DNA of 64,000 nt from an uncultured Candidatus Saccharibacteria bacterium (GCA_964450805.1 CAYVDD010000001.1:329288-393287), one strand, 5' to 3'; numbered from the stretch's first letter, positions 45,625 through 55,651 are shown. Notes: generated by a model from the sequence alone, not told the origin. Numbers and translations are program-made.

Positions 45625-46611
45625 CTAAAGTTTAAGCTTCAATAATTTAGAACTGATAAATGTTGGTAAAAAAGACAGAACATTTCTTAATTGTAATTTC
45701 TTAATCCCTTTATCTTTAAAGTTTTTTAACTGAAAAATTGTGTATTTTTTAGTAGCCCAGCCGCTTTTGAAAATCTCTAAACTGGATCCCCTGCCAGTAC
45801 CGCCAAAATCAAATACTTTGTAATCTTTGCCAGCATATCTTTCAATCTGATTCCATAAAATTAAATAATTTGCTTTTTTATCTCTGTAGGTAGAGTCAGA
45901 AGCACTAATATAATAATGAATAAACTTATTGTAAAAAAGAAATACACTGCCAGCTATAATCTTATCATTATACTTAGCCAGCATTATCTCAACATCAGGA
46001 GAACTCAAAAAAAACTGGAAAAAAGAATATGGATAAGGAATGTTTTTATGTTTTTTGATTGTTTTAACATAGAGTTTGTAAAAATCTTTTAGTTCCTTTT
46101 CATTCTGGCATTTTTCAGTCTTTGTATTCTCTTGTTTAGCTTTTTCAATAGAGTGGCGTAGTGTTTTTCTAAAATTTGAATAAATTTCATCAGCAGTTCT
46201 TTTATCAAAATCCTCAATAAAATATGTATCACTTACACTGTCAGATTCTTTTAAACCGAATTCCTGAAAATATCTTGGAATCTGGGGATGAAAACTTATC
46301 TTTAATTTATTTTTAAATTCCTCAAAAAGATCATTTTTAAATTCCCTGCCGCTGACATTCTGTTTTAAAGGAAGAATACCTCCATATTCGCAAAAAGGAT
46401 GAGATATTAATCTTTGCTTTCCCGTTAAACTGTATCTGGCTAAAGATAAAAGAATGCTGTCTTTGTATAAGTAATGCTCAAATCTCAGCCACTTAAACTG
46501 ATTTTCTAAAAACTCTTCCCATTCCACATTATGAAAAAAAGTTTTAAATAAAACCTTATCAAGAAGCTTTTTCCATTTTTTTTTATCTTTAATTTTTTGA
46601 AAATTGTTCAT
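45625..46611 (-). CDS. FemAB-family / GNAT-fold aminoacyl- or acyl-transferase
   Basis: Two-lobed ~330-aa layout with a C-terminal FDFGGTGRGSSLEIFKSGW (FemAB-like tail). Confidence 0.45.
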   Translation of the reverse strand: MNNFQKIKDKKKWKKLLDKVLFKTFFHNVEWEEFLENQFKWLRFEHYLYKDSILLSLARYSLTGKQRLISHPFCEYGGILPLKQNVSGREFKNDLFEEFKNKLKISFHPQIPRYFQEFGLKESDSVSDTYFIEDFDKRTADEIYSNFRKTLRHSIEKAKQENTKTEKCQNEKELKDFYKLYVKTIKKHKNIPYPYSFFQFFLSSPDVEIMLAKYNDKIIAGSVFLFYNKFIHYYISASDSTYRDKKANYLILWNQIERYAGKDYKVFDFGGTGRGSSLEIFKSGWATKKYTIFQLKNFKDKGIKKLQLRNVLSFLPTFISSKLLKLKL

Positions 46612-47344
46612 AAATCTGCTTTCCGTTTAAAAAAATATATTCTTTGTTTTTTAATAATCCTAACAGTTTTTCTAGCTTAATAATAAGTTTGTCATTTAAA
46701 CTATCCCAGGAATGCAGGCTTAAACTCAAAAACTCAGGGTTTTTAATCCTAAACAATGTCTCATAAATAAAAAAAGGTAATTTTGATATCCAGGTGCCTG
46801 CCAAAGGAATTGAGAGGATTCCAGAAACAGGAATTTCTAAAATTTTCATCTGGCCTTTTCTTCTGTAATCCTCTCTGCTTGGAAAATATGGCTCTTGAGG
46901 AGCTTTGCCTCTGTACCCCCTGTAAGATTTAGACAGAGGGTAATGAGGAACAACACTGCTGTCATAAGAAAAACCTTTTTCTTCAAGAAAAGATATGACT
47001 TCATTATCAATAATATGAGAAGGAGCACGGAATCCCTGCAATTTTGTATTAAGAGTTCTTTTAAAAAGAAAAATAAAATCATCAATTTCTTTTTTTCTTT
47101 CCTGGCTGGTTAAAAGATTCCAGAATTTATGGGAATAGCCGTGAAAAGCAATTTCATGGTTTCCTGACCATGATTTTATTTTCTCAGAATATTTTTCAAA
47201 AACATTTCCAGTGATAAAAAGGGTTGCAGAAATGTCATATTTTTTAAAAACATTAAAAACCCTGTTAATATTTTCTACTCCTTTAAACCTCTGTGGCTTA
47301 GCCAAATCAGACTCAATATCAATTGAAATAAAACAAATTTTCAT
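46589..47344 (-). CDS. polysaccharide deacetylase (NodB-homology)
   Basis: SIDIESD, ATLFITGNVF and AFHGYSH motifs. Confidence 0.7.
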   Translation of the reverse strand: MKICFISIDIESDLAKPQRFKGVENINRVFNVFKKYDISATLFITGNVFEKYSEKIKSWSGNHEIAFHGYSHKFWNLLTSQERKKEIDDFIFLFKRTLNTKLQGFRAPSHIIDNEVISFLEEKGFSYDSSVVPHYPLSKSYRGYRGKAPQEPYFPSREDYRRKGQMKILEIPVSGILSIPLAGTWISKLPFFIYETLFRIKNPEFLSLSLHSWDSLNDKLIIKLEKLLGLLKNKEYIFLNGKQIYEQFSKN

Positions 47345-47357
47345 AAGAAAATAGTTT

Positions 47358-48326
47358 TTAGGCTTTTGCCTTTTCCCTTATAATTTTCCTAATAGTTTCA
47401 TTTAAGCTGATTTTTGGACTGTATCCAATCAGTCTTTTGATTTCTGAAACATCAGGCACTCTTCGTCTAAGATCTTCAAATCCTTCGGGATAAGCCTGGT
47501 TGTATGGAATATGAGTTATTTCTGAAGAGCTGTTTGCAAGCTCTTTAACTTTTTTAGCTAAATTATTAATACTGATTTCTTTATCTGCTCCCAGATTAAT
47601 AACTTTACCTTCTGCTTCTTTTACTGTCATCAACTTAACCAAAGCATTAATAATATCTTCAACATCAGCAAAACTTCTTGTCTGGTTGCCGTCTCCATAA
47701 ACAGTAATTGGCTGATTATTAATGGCCTGCTTAACAAAAGTAGGAACAACCATACCATATCTTCCAACCTGCCTTGGACCAATAATATTGAAAAATCTGG
47801 CAATAACAACTGGTAGATTCTTTTCTTTCCAGTATGCTAAACCTAAAAACTCATCTACTCCTTTTGAAAAAGCATAAATCCAGCGATTGTTGTAAATAGA
47901 GCCATAAACCCTGTCATCTCTTTCTGTAAAAGGGACTTTATCGCCTTTTCCATAAACTTCAGAGCTGGAAGCAATGAAAACTTTTATCTTTCTTTTTTCT
48001 GCTTCTTTTAATACGTTCTCTGTGCCCTTGATGTTGGTAAGTAAACAGTCCAAAGGCTGTTCTAATATTTTTTTAACTCCAACTGATGCAGCTAAATGAT
48101 AAACCTGATCTGCCTTACCTATTAATTCTGCCATTAAGCTTTCATCAAGCACTGAACCTTCAATAAAATGAAAATTATTGTTAGTTTTGAAGTGTTCAAT
48201 ATTCTCTAATCTTCCTGTTGAAAGATTATCAACAACAAAAACTTCTTTATTATCTTTAAGAAGTTTTTCAGCTAAGTAAGAACCAATAAATCCTGCTCCT
48301 CCAGTAATTAAAACCTTATTGTTCAT
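47358..48326 (-). CDS. NAD-dependent sugar epimerase/dehydratase (extended SDR; UDP-glucuronate decarboxylase-like)
   Basis: VLITGGAGFIGSYL, SSSEVYG and YAFSK (YxxxK). Confidence 0.75.
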   Translation of the reverse strand: MNNKVLITGGAGFIGSYLAEKLLKDNKEVFVVDNLSTGRLENIEHFKTNNNFHFIEGSVLDESLMAELIGKADQVYHLAASVGVKKILEQPLDCLLTNIKGTENVLKEAEKRKIKVFIASSSEVYGKGDKVPFTERDDRVYGSIYNNRWIYAFSKGVDEFLGLAYWKEKNLPVVIARFFNIIGPRQVGRYGMVVPTFVKQAINNQPITVYGDGNQTRSFADVEDIINALVKLMTVKEAEGKVINLGADKEISINNLAKKVKELANSSSEITHIPYNQAYPEGFEDLRRRVPDVSEIKRLIGYSPKISLNETIRKIIREKAKA

Positions 48327-49215
48327 TTTTTAATCTGTTTATTCCTTGTTCTAATGTTACTTTAGGTTCCCAGTCCAATAATTCCTTTGCTAAAGTTATA
48401 TCAGCCAAAGTATCCCTTACATCACCAGGTCTTGGAGCAATATATTTGGTCTCTCCACCAATCAATTCTGCTATTTTATTAACGGTATAGTTTTTTCCAG
48501 CACCAATATTAATAACTTCACCTTTGCCAACCTTGTCTGACTGCATTGCTAAAATATTAGCATTTACAACATCAAAAACATGAGTAAAATCTCTTGTTTG
48601 TTCGCCATCCTCAGTAATTGTTAGAACCTGTCCTCTGCTTTTCTGTGTCAGAAATAAACCAATAACAGGGGTATAGCTTCCCTCTTTTGGCTGTCTTGGA
48701 CCATAAACATTGAAGTAGCGAAGAGAAACAGTAGGCAAACTGTAAAGCTGAGGAAATATCCTGCAATAAAGTTCACCAACGTATTTCTGTAAAGCATAAG
48801 GGCTTACAGGATTTGCAACTATGCTTTCCTTTAAAGGTAGATCTTTTCTGATACCATAAACTGAGGAAGAAGAGCTGAAAATAAATCTTTTGACTTTTGC
48901 TTCTTTTGCAGCAACTAACGCATTTAAGGTTGCTGTAATATTCATATCATTGCTTTTTATTGGCTTGGCAACCGACAAGGGGACTCTTGGCAAAGCAGCT
49001 AAATGAAAAACAAAGTCTATGCCTTGAAATATTGGCTTTATCTTTTCAAAATCTCTTAAATCAAACTCAAAGAATTTGGCCTGAGGATTAAGATTTTCTT
49101 TACTACCAGTATATAAGTTATCAATCACTGAAACCTGATGACCTTGTTCGATCAACTTATCTACTAAGTTAGAGCCGATAAAACCAGCTCCACCTGTTAC
49201 AAGCATTTTTGCCAT
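48316..49215 (-). CDS. NAD-dependent sugar epimerase (extended SDR)
   Basis: MLVTGGAGFIGSNL, SSSSVYG and YALQK (YxxxK). Confidence 0.75.
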   Translation of the reverse strand: MAKMLVTGGAGFIGSNLVDKLIEQGHQVSVIDNLYTGSKENLNPQAKFFEFDLRDFEKIKPIFQGIDFVFHLAALPRVPLSVAKPIKSNDMNITATLNALVAAKEAKVKRFIFSSSSSVYGIRKDLPLKESIVANPVSPYALQKYVGELYCRIFPQLYSLPTVSLRYFNVYGPRQPKEGSYTPVIGLFLTQKSRGQVLTITEDGEQTRDFTHVFDVVNANILAMQSDKVGKGEVINIGAGKNYTVNKIAELIGGETKYIAPRPGDVRDTLADITLAKELLDWEPKVTLEQGINRLKNEQ

Positions 49216-49252
49216 AAATTATTGATTTTAGTCTTAATATTAAAGCTTAAGT

Positions 49253-50080
49253 TTAAAAAGGGTCTCTTTTGCTGTAATTTTCTGGATCAGTAATATTTTG
49301 TTCTCCAAGGAGCCTGTCATTTATTTCATCTACAGTTTTATGAAGATTTAAGCTAACTCCTTTTTTATCAGCAAATTTTATTAGAGCTTTTATGTCTTTT
49401 GGAAGGCATTTTCCTGCATATCCGCGCTTGCCTTTATGCCAGACAGTTAAATGAGTCCTGTCAATTCTTTTATCAGCAGATGCAGCATCCATGATCCTGT
49501 CATAGTTTATGTTTAATTTCTTGCACAAATCATAAATCTGGTTTGCAAAAATAACTTTTGTTGAAAACCAGGTATTGCCAAAGTATTTAACCATTTCAGC
49601 TTCAGTAGCTGGCATTATTCTTTCAAAAGGAGCTAAAGGTAAAATATTCATAATGTCTTTGGCAATGCTGAATGATTTTTTAGTATAGCCAACAATCTGA
49701 CGGTCTGGATAGCGCATATCCTGATCAGCTGTAGATTCTGTTAAAAACTCTGGATTATTTAAAATCTTATGTTGAGGATATTTTTCCTGCAGATATTCAA
49801 TAGTGCCAGGCAGAGTGGTTGATTTATTAACTATAATCTTCTGGCCTTTGATGTTTGAAAAAGCATCCTCAATATATGAAATATCAAAATAGCCTTTTTC
49901 TTTATCATAAGGAGTAGGGACAGCTACAAAAATCACTTCTCCCTGATTGATTTCTTCAATAGAACCTAAATTTTTACCTGGGTCATATAAAAAGGGCTTT
50001 ATGTTCCTCATTTTCTCGAAATATCTTTGCATGGCTCCTCCAACCATACCTACGCCTATAATAGAAATTTTCTTAAACAT
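49253..50080 (-). CDS. short UDP-glucose/GDP-mannose dehydrogenase-family protein
   Basis: ISIIGVGMVGGAM, NPEFLTESTADQDMRYPDRQIVG and AGKCLPKD (catalytic Cys region). At 275 aa it lacks the usual C-terminal domain. Confidence 0.55.
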   Translation of the reverse strand: MFKKISIIGVGMVGGAMQRYFEKMRNIKPFLYDPGKNLGSIEEINQGEVIFVAVPTPYDKEKGYFDISYIEDAFSNIKGQKIIVNKSTTLPGTIEYLQEKYPQHKILNNPEFLTESTADQDMRYPDRQIVGYTKKSFSIAKDIMNILPLAPFERIMPATEAEMVKYFGNTWFSTKVIFANQIYDLCKKLNINYDRIMDAASADKRIDRTHLTVWHKGKRGYAGKCLPKDIKALIKFADKKGVSLNLHKTVDEINDRLLGEQNITDPENYSKRDPF

Positions 50081-50262
50081 ATATTATAAAAATAAGATTG
50101 ATTATTTAAATTTAATAATTTATTATTATATAGAAAGTAAACTGAAAGTCAATCTATTTTAACCAGGAAAATACTGTAAGAGATGCAAATAAAAAGACTT
50201 TCAACATATGAGCTAGTCTATATAAATATGACGTTAAAAAGCCTGATTTATTACATTTAAAA

Positions 50263-51429
50263 ATGGAAATTGTAGGTAAAACCAAAATTCTTTTCATTGT
50301 AACTCAATCTGAGTTTGGAGGAGCTCAAAGATTCATACTTGAGCTTGTTTCACATTTAAATAAAGAGAAGTATGAGGTTTTAGTAGCTGCTGGCCAGGGA
50401 GACGGAGAATTATTTAAAAAACTTCAGAATTTAAATATTAAAACAGTCCAATTAAAACACTTAAAAAGAACTCCCTATCCTTTAAAAGCATTTTTTTCTG
50501 TGTTAGAAATGCTTGAATTGTTAAAAAAAGAAAGGCCAAATGTTTTTTTTCTCTGCTCTACAACAGCCGGCATCTTAGGCTCTATAGCCGGCTCAATATA
50601 TCATACTCATAATTCAAGCTTTAAGGTTGTTTATAGGATTGGTGGCTGGGCTTTTAATGATCCAAGGAATTGGTTTTTAAATAAACTTATCATTTTAGCT
50701 GAAAAACTGACATCTGGGTTTAAAAACAAAATCATTATTAATTCTGAAGTTGACTATCAGGCTGCAATTAAAAACAAAATTTGTTCCTCTAATAAAATCA
50801 TTAAAATCTATAATGGGATTAATGCTGAAAAACTAGAGTTCCTGCCTAAAAATGAAGCACAAAAATTTTTATCTGAAAAGACTGGCAAACCTTTAAATGC
50901 TGATTTTTTAATAGGCTGTGTAGCCAACTTTTACAAGACAAAGGGAATAATTTACTTGATTAAGTCAATAGACCTATTAGAGACTAAATACAAGCCTCTG
51001 GGCGCAAAATGTATTATCATTGGGGATGGAAAACAAAGGCCTGAAATAGAAAATCTCATTAAAAAACATGGGCTTGAAAACAAAGTTTTTCTTGCGGGCA
51101 GAATTCCTGATGCATATAAGTATTTAAAAGCATTTGATGTTTTTGTATTGCCCTCTTTAAAAGAAGGCTTTCCCTGGATAATCTTAGAAACAATGGCAGC
51201 TGAAATTCCGATTATAGCTACAAATATAGGAGCTTTGCCTGAAATTATTGAAAACAATGAGCAGGGCATATTAATTAATCCTAAAAATCCTGCACAAATA
51301 GCAGAAGAAATACAGAAATTAATTGAAAATCCTGAATCAGCTCAAAGATTACAAAACCAAGCAAAGCATAAATTAAAACAGTTCTCTCTATTGGAAATGG
51401 TTCAAAAAATAGAACAATTATTTAATTAA
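50263..51429 (+). CDS. GT4-family glycosyltransferase
   Basis: SLKEGFPWIILETMAAEIPIIAT. Confidence 0.8.
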   Translation: MEIVGKTKILFIVTQSEFGGAQRFILELVSHLNKEKYEVLVAAGQGDGELFKKLQNLNIKTVQLKHLKRTPYPLKAFFSVLEMLELLKKERPNVFFLCSTTAGILGSIAGSIYHTHNSSFKVVYRIGGWAFNDPRNWFLNKLIILAEKLTSGFKNKIIINSEVDYQAAIKNKICSSNKIIKIYNGINAEKLEFLPKNEAQKFLSEKTGKPLNADFLIGCVANFYKTKGIIYLIKSIDLLETKYKPLGAKCIIIGDGKQRPEIENLIKKHGLENKVFLAGRIPDAYKYLKAFDVFVLPSLKEGFPWIILETMAAEIPIIATNIGALPEIIENNEQGILINPKNPAQIAEEIQKLIENPESAQRLQNQAKHKLKQFSLLEMVQKIEQLFN

Positions 51430-51447
51430 AGACAAGGATTAAAACCT

Positions 51448-51474
51448 AAAACCGCCCCTTAAAGAGGCGGTTTT
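51448..51474. terminator. bidirectional rho-independent terminator between convergent genes
   Basis: AAAACCGCC-(loop)-GGCGGTTTT. It has an A-run on one side and a T-run on the other. Confidence 0.8.
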
Positions 51475-51514
51475 AGTTGCCTTTACAAGGAAAAGGCTAT
51501 TTTCAGTTCAATCT

Positions 51515-54500
51515 TTACTTACTAAGAGTCTTTGTAGCTGTTGGTAAACCGGAAACCTTATATTCACTAGTCCAGTCACCGGTTGTAAAGCTGTGAGCAG
51601 CATAACTACCTCCTGATCTGTCAGACCAGACAAAGTTAGCAGTAGTAGCAGCAATATTTGCGTAGTTGTCTGTGCTAGTAGCATTAGTACCAGTAGTTCT
51701 TGCAGCAATCTTTGTGCTTAAAGAACTGCCTGGCTGACCACTACCTTGCAGAACATCACCAAGAAACTTATATGTCTTGCTGGTTCCAGCGCTAACAACT
51801 TGTTCAGTACTAGCAACAAAGGTAACTCTAGCTGTTCCAGTAGAAGTTTCCTGGTCAACTGTCCAGGCATGTACGCCTGATCCAAGACCAGTAACTTCTG
51901 TATTGGAACCAACATCCCAGACTTGCATTGTACTAGTAGCTATCAATTGTTTCACACCAGATGCTATTGCATCACCCCAAGTAGTAGTAGTAGACATGTA
52001 AATACCGTCAGATTTTTGCGCAGCAGGACTACTACCAACAGTGTAAGAAGAACCTCCTGAAGTTAAAATCACTCCACCTGTTACATCAAAGATAATTTTC
52101 CTCCAGCCAATATCACTTAGATCATCAGCTGAAACTGTCCATCTAAGCAATTCTTGCTGTCCTCCACCATATGTTCCAGAAGTTGGAGAAGCCAAAGCAA
52201 TAGTAGGCTTGGATTGTCTTACAGTCTGTCTGTAAGCATTATCACATTCATCAATAATTCCACTAGTTCCACCATTAACTGTTAATGATGTTGAACCAGA
52301 ACTCTTTCCTTGAACAGTTACTCTGTCAATACACAGGTAGACATTGTCTCCTGTTACTGATCCAGAACTGTATGGGTCTCTTACACCATTAAGACTTGCT
52401 TTAATAGTTAAGTACTTTGCACCAACAGTTGGGATTTCCCAATAATTACCTGCAGCAAAGTTAAACGTAGTTGAAGCATTAGTATTAATGGCTTGAGCTG
52501 AACCTAATTGAGTAGAGCCGTCCCAAAGACTAACTGAAGCAAAAGTAGCTGGGTTAGTTGATGTTGGATGACCCTGACTTTCAATGGTAATGCTCTTGAT
52601 GTAAATTGGCTCCATTGAAGCTGCAAAATAAGTCTTCAAGAATGGAACATTAGCAAGTCCTACTGTACCTACAGACTGAATTCCTTCAATAGGAGTATCA
52701 GCACTGGTATTGATTGTTAAGACACCAGCTGAAGTAAGTGTAGATTCATAACAGTTAGCAGCAACACTGCCTCTGGTATAATGATAGTTTGCACCAGTAG
52801 TACCACTAACAGTAGGAGTTGGTGTTGTATTGGACAAAAGACCAGTAAATACAACATCATCAGTACTACTTACACCAATAGCAAATGTGTGATTTGCTAC
52901 ACCAGTAGCTGGAATATCACCTTTAACAGTAAGAGTTTTCTGCTGTCCTTTTGATATATCAAGTCCAATTCCATTTAGCCAGTCAGCGCCAGAGAAAGTA
53001 ACATAGTTCCGGTTAGCAGCAACTTCAGTTAAGGATTCTTTTGCAGTTAACCTGGTTGACCCATCATAAAGTGCGAGGTAAGAAACATCTGTTGTACTAC
53101 CTTCTCCTGCTGAAGAACTCTGTGTCAAAGTAACACTGGTCACTCTAATATTCTCAGCAGTTGAAGCTTCAAATACCAGACCAACTAAAGCAACTTCACT
53201 GGATCCAACAATAATACTCTGATCAGCTGGAGCTGCTGCAGCAGATACAGTTAATCCAGCCTGGCCAATAGTCATTGTGTTACCCACGGCTGAACCTGTC
53301 TCAGTAATGTCAGCCATTGAAGCACGACCTGTTGATGTCAAAGCACTGGCTATAGCTGTTGTTGATGCAACAGACATGGAACCATTAGGCTCTGGATAGC
53401 TACTTGATGGAATATCACCAATTGCTTTCAAGGTCACTGTTTGTGAGGCTGGAACTGTCAAACTTCCACTAAAGCTTGCAGTAGCTATAGGATTTGCCTG
53501 GGTTGAACCAAATTGGGTTCCGTCCTCTTTAACCAATTTAACATTGGTAAAGTGAGCTCCTGAAGTAGCAGCTATGCGGTTTGAGAACAGATCAAGAATA
53601 ATTGATGTTACATCAATATCCTCGCCTGAATCAGCAGTAAGATTAATCCTTGTAAACTCTTGTCCTGTTGCGCCAATAACATAAGTCTGGGCGCTTGGAG
53701 TCTGAGAAGACAAAGATACTGCTAAATTACCGCTACTAGAAATATTGTGGGCATTTCCAGTTGCCGCACCAGTAATGCTAGATGATGGTAAATCATACCT
53801 GGAATTTAAACCGTCAGCCCAAACATCACTAGCTAAAGCAATACTTAACTTTACAGTGTGATTTGTATTTGCTCCTGTTGGAACATCAGCCTTAACAAGA
53901 ATAGTTTTTACTTTTGAAGCCTCTATATCAAACAAGCTACTTGTATCCCAGCCAACAGTATTAGCCCCAAATGTTACGTATGAACCAATAACACTAGCAG
54001 AACCGATCTGAGTAGTTCCATCCCAAAGAGTAACATTGGAAAGATCAGTAGCAGCTGCTAATGTGCCTCCTAATGTCAATCTAAGTTTAACAACCCTTGC
54101 TCCTTCCACTGAACCTGTTGAGAACTTTAATGCAGTTATTAATCTGTTTGTAGTTCCCTTAACATAGGTTTGGGTTGAAGGGTTCTGAGATGCATCAATA
54201 GCAACAGCCAACACACCCTGACCAATAGTCATTTCGTTTCCTGTCTGTTTATAGAATGAAGTAGTGTCATCGTAAGAGACAGTAACTGCTCCTCCAGAAT
54301 TAGCTCCGTAAGCAACAATGTCTGTGTATTGAGTAATCTCAAATATTGCTGTTCTTGAAGTCCATATTCCTGAACCAATGTCAGCAAAAGCACAAACAGT
54401 CTTGGTTGTACCAGCAAGAATGCTCAAGGGAGAGCTTGAAAGGTCAAAAGTTGCACCATTTGAAGTATCAAACTGTGAAACAGTTGAACCAATCTGTACT

Positions 54501-55651
54501 CCTGTAACTTTAAGCTTTACATTAGGCAAGTCTTCTCTACTAGCAGTACCAACCTGTGATACTTTAATAGAGTGGACATTAAAGCCTTCTGTATTTGTAG
54601 CTGTAAAGTCCCAACAAGCAATCTCCTGGTCAGTTGCTCCAGATAAAATCGTAGTTGTAGCTGGACTTGTTTTCTTTGCAACAAACAGTTCACCAACTGA
54701 AATACCAGCAATTGTCATTGCATTACTCCAGATTGGAAATGTTCCTGATGGAGTAACTGTTGATGTAATGTCTGTAGCAGCGTAAATACCCAATTTAATC
54801 GAGTCTCCAACAGTAGCTGTTCCTGAGGCAGCAATACTTCCCTTTATAGTTAAGTATTTAACGCTGTAAGCAGGGATTGTCCAGTTAAGTCCAGTAAAGC
54901 TGGCTTTGTGTGTAGTTGTGTTCAAGGCCTGGGTTGAACCTAGCTGAGTTGTACCATCATATAATTTAATAGCTGAAACATCAGCATCAGCAGCAACACC
55001 ACTCCTTGTGATGTATATGGTTGAAACAGTATAGGCACTAGCACCAGCTGTGAACTTAACTTTTGCAAACACTACATCCTGAGCAGCTAAGGCTGTTTGA
55101 GAAGCAACAGGAGTATCAGCACTTAAACTTACAGTAGCAGCTGTTCCTGTTTCACCTGCGCCCGTACCTGTACCTGCGCCTGCGCTCAGTAAGCTGTTTA
55201 ACTTGGCTCTGGTTGTTGTACCAACAAAACCAGTACCACTAGTTAAGCCATAAGTAGCAAGAACTTCACTGGCATATTTTTCCTGGAACTTAATAACTGC
55301 TGCATTGGTTAATGAACCAAAGTAGTTAGTTTCATTTCCAGAAGAGCCTACACCAGAAGCAGCAACTTGTGTACTAGCGTCTGAGTTCAAAACAATCTGT
55401 AAACATTTAACATCATCACCACTCATTCCTATTTTAAGATTTCGGCTAAAGCTGCTAATGGAACAACCTGTAATAGTTCCAGTGCCAGCCCCCATACCAG
55501 ATAACTGAGCCTGTAAGGTGGCGATCTGAGCTAATAAGGCTGCAATCTGAGCTTGAAGCTCTTCAATTGTTGCAGACATAGCAGGACCAGCAGCTGTAAA
55601 TAGAAAGGAAAATGTCGTAATAATCGCTATAATCTTTTTAATTTTAGTCAT
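51515..55651 (-). CDS. 1378-aa cell-wall-anchored repeat surface protein (S-layer/adhesin candidate)
   Basis: Signal peptide, coiled coil IEELQAQIAALLAQIATLQAQL and a PG_binding_1-like module (VKCLQIVL...AVIKFQEKY...GTGFVG). These are followed by ~7 beta-rich modules with recurring L[YW]DG[TS]TQ[LI]GS ... K.LT[IV]K[GA] motifs. The protein is Thr/Ser/Gly/Ala-rich, and the DNA is visibly GC-richer than its flanks. Confidence 0.85.
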   Translation of the reverse strand: MTKIKKIIAIITTFSFLFTAAGPAMSATIEELQAQIAALLAQIATLQAQLSGMGAGTGTITGCSISSFSRNLKIGMSGDDVKCLQIVLNSDASTQVAASGVGSSGNETNYFGSLTNAAVIKFQEKYASEVLATYGLTSGTGFVGTTTRAKLNSLLSAGAGTGTGAGETGTAATVSLSADTPVASQTALAAQDVVFAKVKFTAGASAYTVSTIYITRSGVAADADVSAIKLYDGTTQLGSTQALNTTTHKASFTGLNWTIPAYSVKYLTIKGSIAASGTATVGDSIKLGIYAATDITSTVTPSGTFPIWSNAMTIAGISVGELFVAKKTSPATTTILSGATDQEIACWDFTATNTEGFNVHSIKVSQVGTASREDLPNVKLKVTGVQIGSTVSQFDTSNGATFDLSSSPLSILAGTTKTVCAFADIGSGIWTSRTAIFEITQYTDIVAYGANSGGAVTVSYDDTTSFYKQTGNEMTIGQGVLAVAIDASQNPSTQTYVKGTTNRLITALKFSTGSVEGARVVKLRLTLGGTLAAATDLSNVTLWDGTTQIGSASVIGSYVTFGANTVGWDTSSLFDIEASKVKTILVKADVPTGANTNHTVKLSIALASDVWADGLNSRYDLPSSSITGAATGNAHNISSSGNLAVSLSSQTPSAQTYVIGATGQEFTRINLTADSGEDIDVTSIILDLFSNRIAATSGAHFTNVKLVKEDGTQFGSTQANPIATASFSGSLTVPASQTVTLKAIGDIPSSSYPEPNGSMSVASTTAIASALTSTGRASMADITETGSAVGNTMTIGQAGLTVSAAAAPADQSIIVGSSEVALVGLVFEASTAENIRVTSVTLTQSSSAGEGSTTDVSYLALYDGSTRLTAKESLTEVAANRNYVTFSGADWLNGIGLDISKGQQKTLTVKGDIPATGVANHTFAIGVSSTDDVVFTGLLSNTTPTPTVSGTTGANYHYTRGSVAANCYESTLTSAGVLTINTSADTPIEGIQSVGTVGLANVPFLKTYFAASMEPIYIKSITIESQGHPTSTNPATFASVSLWDGSTQLGSAQAINTNASTTFNFAAGNYWEIPTVGAKYLTIKASLNGVRDPYSSGSVTGDNVYLCIDRVTVQGKSSGSTSLTVNGGTSGIIDECDNAYRQTVRQSKPTIALASPTSGTYGGGQQELLRWTVSADDLSDIGWRKIIFDVTGGVILTSGGSSYTVGSSPAAQKSDGIYMSTTTTWGDAIASGVKQLIATSTMQVWDVGSNTEVTGLGSGVHAWTVDQETSTGTARVTFVASTEQVVSAGTSKTYKFLGDVLQGSGQPGSSLSTKIAARTTGTNATSTDNYANIAATTANFVWSDRSGGSYAAHSFTTGDWTSEYKVSGLPTATKTLSK

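Noticed and set aside
51508-54785. Several 60-135-aa ORFs on both strands inside the giant surface-protein gene (for example 51508-51708, 51777-52001, 54378-54785)
   Set aside because: They are fully nested in or antisense to a 4.1-kb ORF with clear signal peptide and domain structure. They are artefacts of the stop-poor, GC-richer composition of this gene.
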